Assembly (NCBI GenBank): GCA_944393475.1
Contig: CALYAI010000003.1
Span: 1-37,787 of the forward strand
Direction: 5' to 3'
Length of the DNA: 37,787 nucleotides
Source: an uncultured Clostridia bacterium
GTDB taxonomy: Bacteria > Bacillota > Clostridia > TANB77 > CAG-508
Shown here: piece after piece, positions 36,402 through 37,787 of the stretch
Numbering within the stretch: position 1 is the stretch's first letter
How the letters are laid out: each line of letters begins with the position of its first letter
Notes under the pieces: generated by a model
The model's database searches: none
What the model was told of the DNA's origin: nothing
Seen by the model: the letters and a program-made list of their open reading frames with translations, nothing else
Made by a program: the position numbers and the translations under genes

Positions 36402-36881
36402 ATGGAATTAGTAAAAAATATTTTTTTCAATACAGATAAATTAATAGAAAATTCTGTTATAAAGATTTCGTATACAGGAAAGTTTTTCCAAGATAATACT
36501 AATAACGAATTATATATACATTATGGTTTCGGTTTATTGTGGGAAAATGTTAATGAAATAAAAATGGAAAAAACTGAATTAGGTTACCAAGCTTTAATAT
36601 ATTTAAATGGTAAAGATTCATTAAATTTCTGTTTTAAAAACGGTAAAGGTGAATGGGATAATAATAATGGCAAAAATTATATGTTCGAAATTGCTCCATT
36701 ACCAACAGATTTAATTGTAGTTCAAGAAAATGCATTAGAGGAATTAGGAACTCAAGGTAGAGTTGCTAGATGGTGGCAAAATGTTAAGGCTTCTGTTGTT
36801 GCTGCAATTAAATATTTACCAAAACTATTTTCTTTTAACACAAATTCAGAAACAGTTGGAAATGAAGATTCTTTAAAATAA
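36402..36881 (+). CDS. Stand-alone starch/glycogen-binding module protein (CBM25/CBM53-like)
   Basis: ATG 36402 after GAGGAG; LYIHYGFG..W, LNFCFKNGKGEWDNNNGKNY. Confidence 0.8.
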   Translation: MELVKNIFFNTDKLIENSVIKISYTGKFFQDNTNNELYIHYGFGLLWENVNEIKMEKTELGYQALIYLNGKDSLNFCFKNGKGEWDNNNGKNYMFEIAPLPTDLIVVQENALEELGTQGRVARWWQNVKASVVAAIKYLPKLFSFNTNSETVGNEDSLK

Positions 36882-36891
36882 TATAAAAATT

Positions 36892-36916
36892 AAAAGCACG
36901 TTAAACGTGCTTTTTT
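36892..36916. terminator. Bidirectional terminator
   Basis: AAAAGCACGTT-A-AACGTGCTTTT-TT between convergent genes. Confidence 0.8.
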
Positions 36917-36922
36917 GTTTTG

Positions 36923-37648
36923 CTAAATATTCCAACCACCATTTATAGAAATTATTTGACCTGTCGTATATGTATCTTCCAAAAGCCATTTTATGCACTT
37001 TGTAATTTCTTCCGGTCTTCCTATTTTTTCTAATGGTATTTCTTCTTTTATTTCGTTTATCTCTTCTTCAGAAAATTTACTATTCATTGATGTATCTATC
37101 ATTCCAGGTGCTATTGCATTCACTCTTATATTAGATGGTCCTAATTCCTTTGCTAAGCTTTTTGTTAATCCAATAATTCCTGCCTTAGATGTAGAATATG
37201 CAACTTCCATTGCTGCTCCTGTAACTCCCCATATTGAAGAAATATTTATAATTAATCCATTTTGTCTATGTATCATATTTTTTACAACTTCTTGTGTAAC
37301 AATAAAATTTGATTTTAAATTTGTATTAATTATATTATCCCATTCTGCGTCTGTTATATCTGTAAATAATTTATATTGTGAAATTCCCGCATTATTTATT
37401 AATACGTCTATTCTTCCATATTTACTTAGAATTGTAGAAATCATATTTTCTACTTCATCTCTTTTTGAAACATCAGCTTTCATTATGTCTATATTTATGT
37501 TTTCTTTTTTTAATTCTTCTTGTAACTGTATTGCTTCTTTTTCAGATTTATTATAATTTGCAATCACAATATTTTCGTGTGCCAAAGTTTTAGCAATATT
37601 ATTACCAATTCCTCTTGAAGCACCTGTTACTAGTATAACTTTATTCAC
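36923..37648 (-). CDS. SDR oxidoreductase, FabG/YmfI-like
   Basis: TGASRGIG, NNAG, SSIWGVTGAAMEVAYSTSK (YxxxK; resembles the YmfI-type SSIWG...EVAYS), IAPGMIDT. GTG start after GGAAGGAG. Confidence 0.88.
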   Translation of the reverse strand: MNKVILVTGASRGIGNNIAKTLAHENIVIANYNKSEKEAIQLQEELKKENINIDIMKADVSKRDEVENMISTILSKYGRIDVLINNAGISQYKLFTDITDAEWDNIINTNLKSNFIVTQEVVKNMIHRQNGLIINISSIWGVTGAAMEVAYSTSKAGIIGLTKSLAKELGPSNIRVNAIAPGMIDTSMNSKFSEEEINEIKEEIPLEKIGRPEEITKCIKWLLEDTYTTGQIISINGGWNI

Positions 37649-37715
37649 TTTCCAATACTCCTTCCATAGGAAATTTATATATTTACTTTTATATAAATTA
37701 TTTTTGGATAAAACA

Positions 37716-37750
37716 AAAAGCTAGGCAATCTTTATAGAAAGTCTAGCTTT
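37716..37750 (-). terminator. Terminator after the edge tRNA
   Basis: Minus strand AAAGCTAGAC...GCCTAGCTTTTTG. Confidence 0.65.
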
Positions 37751-37757
37751 AAGTATA

Positions 37758-37787
37758 TGGAGCCACTTGTCCGACTTGAACGGACGA
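37758..37787 (-). tRNA. 3' end of a tRNA (partial; probably Thr, anticodon outside the window)
   Basis: Minus strand ...TC-GTCCG-TTCAAGT-CGGAC-AAGTGGC-T-CCA gives the T arm, acceptor 3' strand and CCA. The implied GCC 5' end is typical of tRNA-Thr. Confidence 0.8.

Noticed and set aside
36923-37648. SDR as a tailoring enzyme for the NRPS
   Set aside because: It is more than 23 kb away, lies downstream of a tRNA, and looks like a housekeeping FabG/YmfI-type enzyme.
33235-37787. Prophage or island integrated at the tRNAs (the XRE repressor lies between two tRNAs)
   Set aside because: No integrase, no duplicated tRNA 3' end was seen, and the flanking genes are housekeeping types.

Overview
AT-rich chromosomal segment from a spore-forming, low-GC Clostridia-class Firmicute. 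The gene style suggests an uncultured gut lineage, but that is inference. Most of the window is core or near-core. It holds the 5' two-thirds of rpoB (absent from the ORF track because it runs off the left edge), cell-wall enzymes (G5-SH3-GH73, M23, VanW/G5), a SpoVB-like flippase, HtrA, a corA-ABC-F-tex operon, an SDR reductase, tRNA-Lys(CTT), the 3' end of a second tRNA, and two very large wall-anchored adhesin-like proteins. The standout is 9020-17463. A stand-alone single-module NRPS (C-A-T-R) has an A-domain pocket reading DLTKIGEVGK, an asparagine-type code. It overlaps a 6-TM HAMP histidine kinase and is followed by a REC-HD-GYP cyclic-dinucleotide phosphodiesterase response regulator and a DUF975-like membrane protein. 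This resembles a synthase-receptor-effector signalling cassette, possibly quorum sensing via an N-acyl-asparagine-derived aldehyde or cyclised product; the function is a hypothesis. Secondary observations are tandem Spo0A boxes ahead of an apparently catalytically dead Rpn/PD-(D/E)XK-like protein, a non-cleavable XRE-S24 repressor, an attenuator-like rpoB leader, an RBS-occluding hairpin at spoVB, and non-LPxTG sorting signals with a possible thioester domain. All calls come from motif reading by eye; no database searches were run.
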